Below, piece by piece: positions 62,711 to 64,000 of a DNA stretch of 64,000 nt (position 1 is the first letter of the stretch; the number at the start of each line of letters is the position of its first letter). The notes beneath the pieces were generated by a model. It did no database searches and was not told where the DNA came from. It saw nothing but the letters and a program-made list of their open reading frames with translations. The stretch covers positions 10,788,001-10,852,000 of the forward strand of contig NC_135763.1 in assembly GCF_052425735.1 (NCBI RefSeq), in the 5' to 3' direction. The position numbers and the translations under genes are program-made. The DNA is from Oculina patagonica. Taxonomy: Eukaryota.

Positions 62711-64000
62711 GATTTAAATGTTGACTATTGCAACTGATTGGAGAGCTGCTTTAAGGTTACACAATACCTGCAGAGGGCTACTTTTGTCGAAAAAACGTTT
62801 TTCATACTTAACTCAATATTTACTATAAATATAGCAAAAACTAATTGATAAATTGCTTAATAATAACTTGACCCATTTAGTTCATCTTGAAGTTGTAGAG
62901 TAAAGGATATATTTTCAAATAAAGGAATAGCCAATAACAATGAATATTACAGAAAGATAGTAAAACCAAATGACACAACAGGAGATGTATTTAGATAAGT
63001 GAGCTAAAAACCATTATTTTTTGAGAAGATGGGAGACGGGAGGGGTAATTTTTGCTGAGCTAGATGTTTATTTTTCACATGTTTCATTTTCATTTAACGA
63101 AATTAATTTTTTGGCTTTCTTGCACGATTATTTCAGCCGGTTTTACTCTGCAGCAATTTATTTGGCTAATGTCCACCCCCTCCCCCCCCCCCCCTAAGAA
63201 AATAAAGGTTCGTTCCTAAGTGGCATCTGTTGAAAGTCACCCGAGTTAAGGTCACGCTTTAGTTTACTTAACAAACATTTAGGGTAAAAGGGGTCACTAA
63301 CAACAATAATAAAATATTTAATAGACTGTAAAGGACGGATAAACGTCCTTCTGTAGAATCAAGCCCGCAAAATATAACAGCTTGTCAGCGGTCTATCCAT
63401 TATGTAACGCAAGCTAACGATAAGCACAGTTGAATCAAACCAGCGAAGAATAGATGTTGTTTTCGATGGGCTTCGATTGGATTTTTTAAAGTTTCCAGGG
63501 TGCTTTGACTACTTATTATAAGGTATGAACATTATTTGATTGTAGCTCTTGTTATCTGTGTTACAAATGAAATTCATTGATTACAATTTGATCTGATAAA
63601 GGGTGCTTTGACCTTAACAAACGCTACGTGACCTGTGTTTGCTTTCTGTTACTTTGGAACTCGAGGTCAAATAAAACGGCTAAAATGGTTTCTTATTTCT
63701 TAGAAATGATACAACACCACGCCAAATAGTCTCGCGAGTATGTTCTGGTACCTGTTGACAAGTATTATTAAAACTGTATTGTTTAAATATGTTTATTTGT
63801 TATTCTTTGTGAGTTTCAGGCATCGCGAAGCCGTTACGGCGAAGCTCAAATTTCACGAAAGTACTACTTGCATTTCGGGCCGTTAAAAATCGTCTTTTTA
63901 GTAGCCCGTGGTTTTGAAAACGGATTTTCAAAGAAGAAACAATGCTCTTTCACGTGGTATACGTTTTTATACCTTAGCTTATGTACCAGGCAGTGATTTT

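Larger units (their letters stand above)
58419..64000. mobile_element. Sola3-like TTAA-inserting DNA transposon derivative rearranged into a giant palindrome; runs off the right edge
   Basis: Starts TTAA|GACGGGAGAG. 58818-60965 is the reverse complement of 61854-64000; the 888-bp spacer encodes DNAGCYH..FSDPQGGKGPCDRKAA. The Sola3 call is from recalled motifs, TTAA and long TIRs, not a search. Confidence 0.8.

Overview
Eukaryotic, intron-rich, transposon-dense genomic DNA with one assembly gap (N 3135-3290). The repeat content (Penelope elements with hammerhead ribozymes, tRNA-derived SINEs, many palindromic MITEs) suggests a cnidarian, probably a stony coral; this is an inference. Host genes I could reconstruct exon by exon: three intact 7-exon, 369-aa paraoxonase/arylesterase (PON) paralogues (two on +, one on -); a 6-coding-exon serine beta-lactamase-fold hydrolase (SxxK/YxN/HxG) with C-terminal polyglycine-hydrolase-like (BTRD1) repeats, head-to-head with the third PON; an uncharacterised, apparently frameshifted low-complexity gene on -; and PDSS2. 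Mobile DNA includes a decayed LINE, a long intact Penelope RT/GIY-YIG ORF with an intact hammerhead, and a Sola3-like DNA transposon rearranged into a palindrome with >2.1-kb arms that include transposase sequence (Mu-killer-like), inserted into that Penelope. Most interesting: PON paralogues that differ mainly at active-site-lining positions next to a bacterial-type hydrolase (possible microbial-signal or xenobiotic-inactivating locus), an antisense copy of a PON exon end inside the same gene's intron, and the giant transposase hairpin. All residue numbering and family assignments are by eye; no searches were run.
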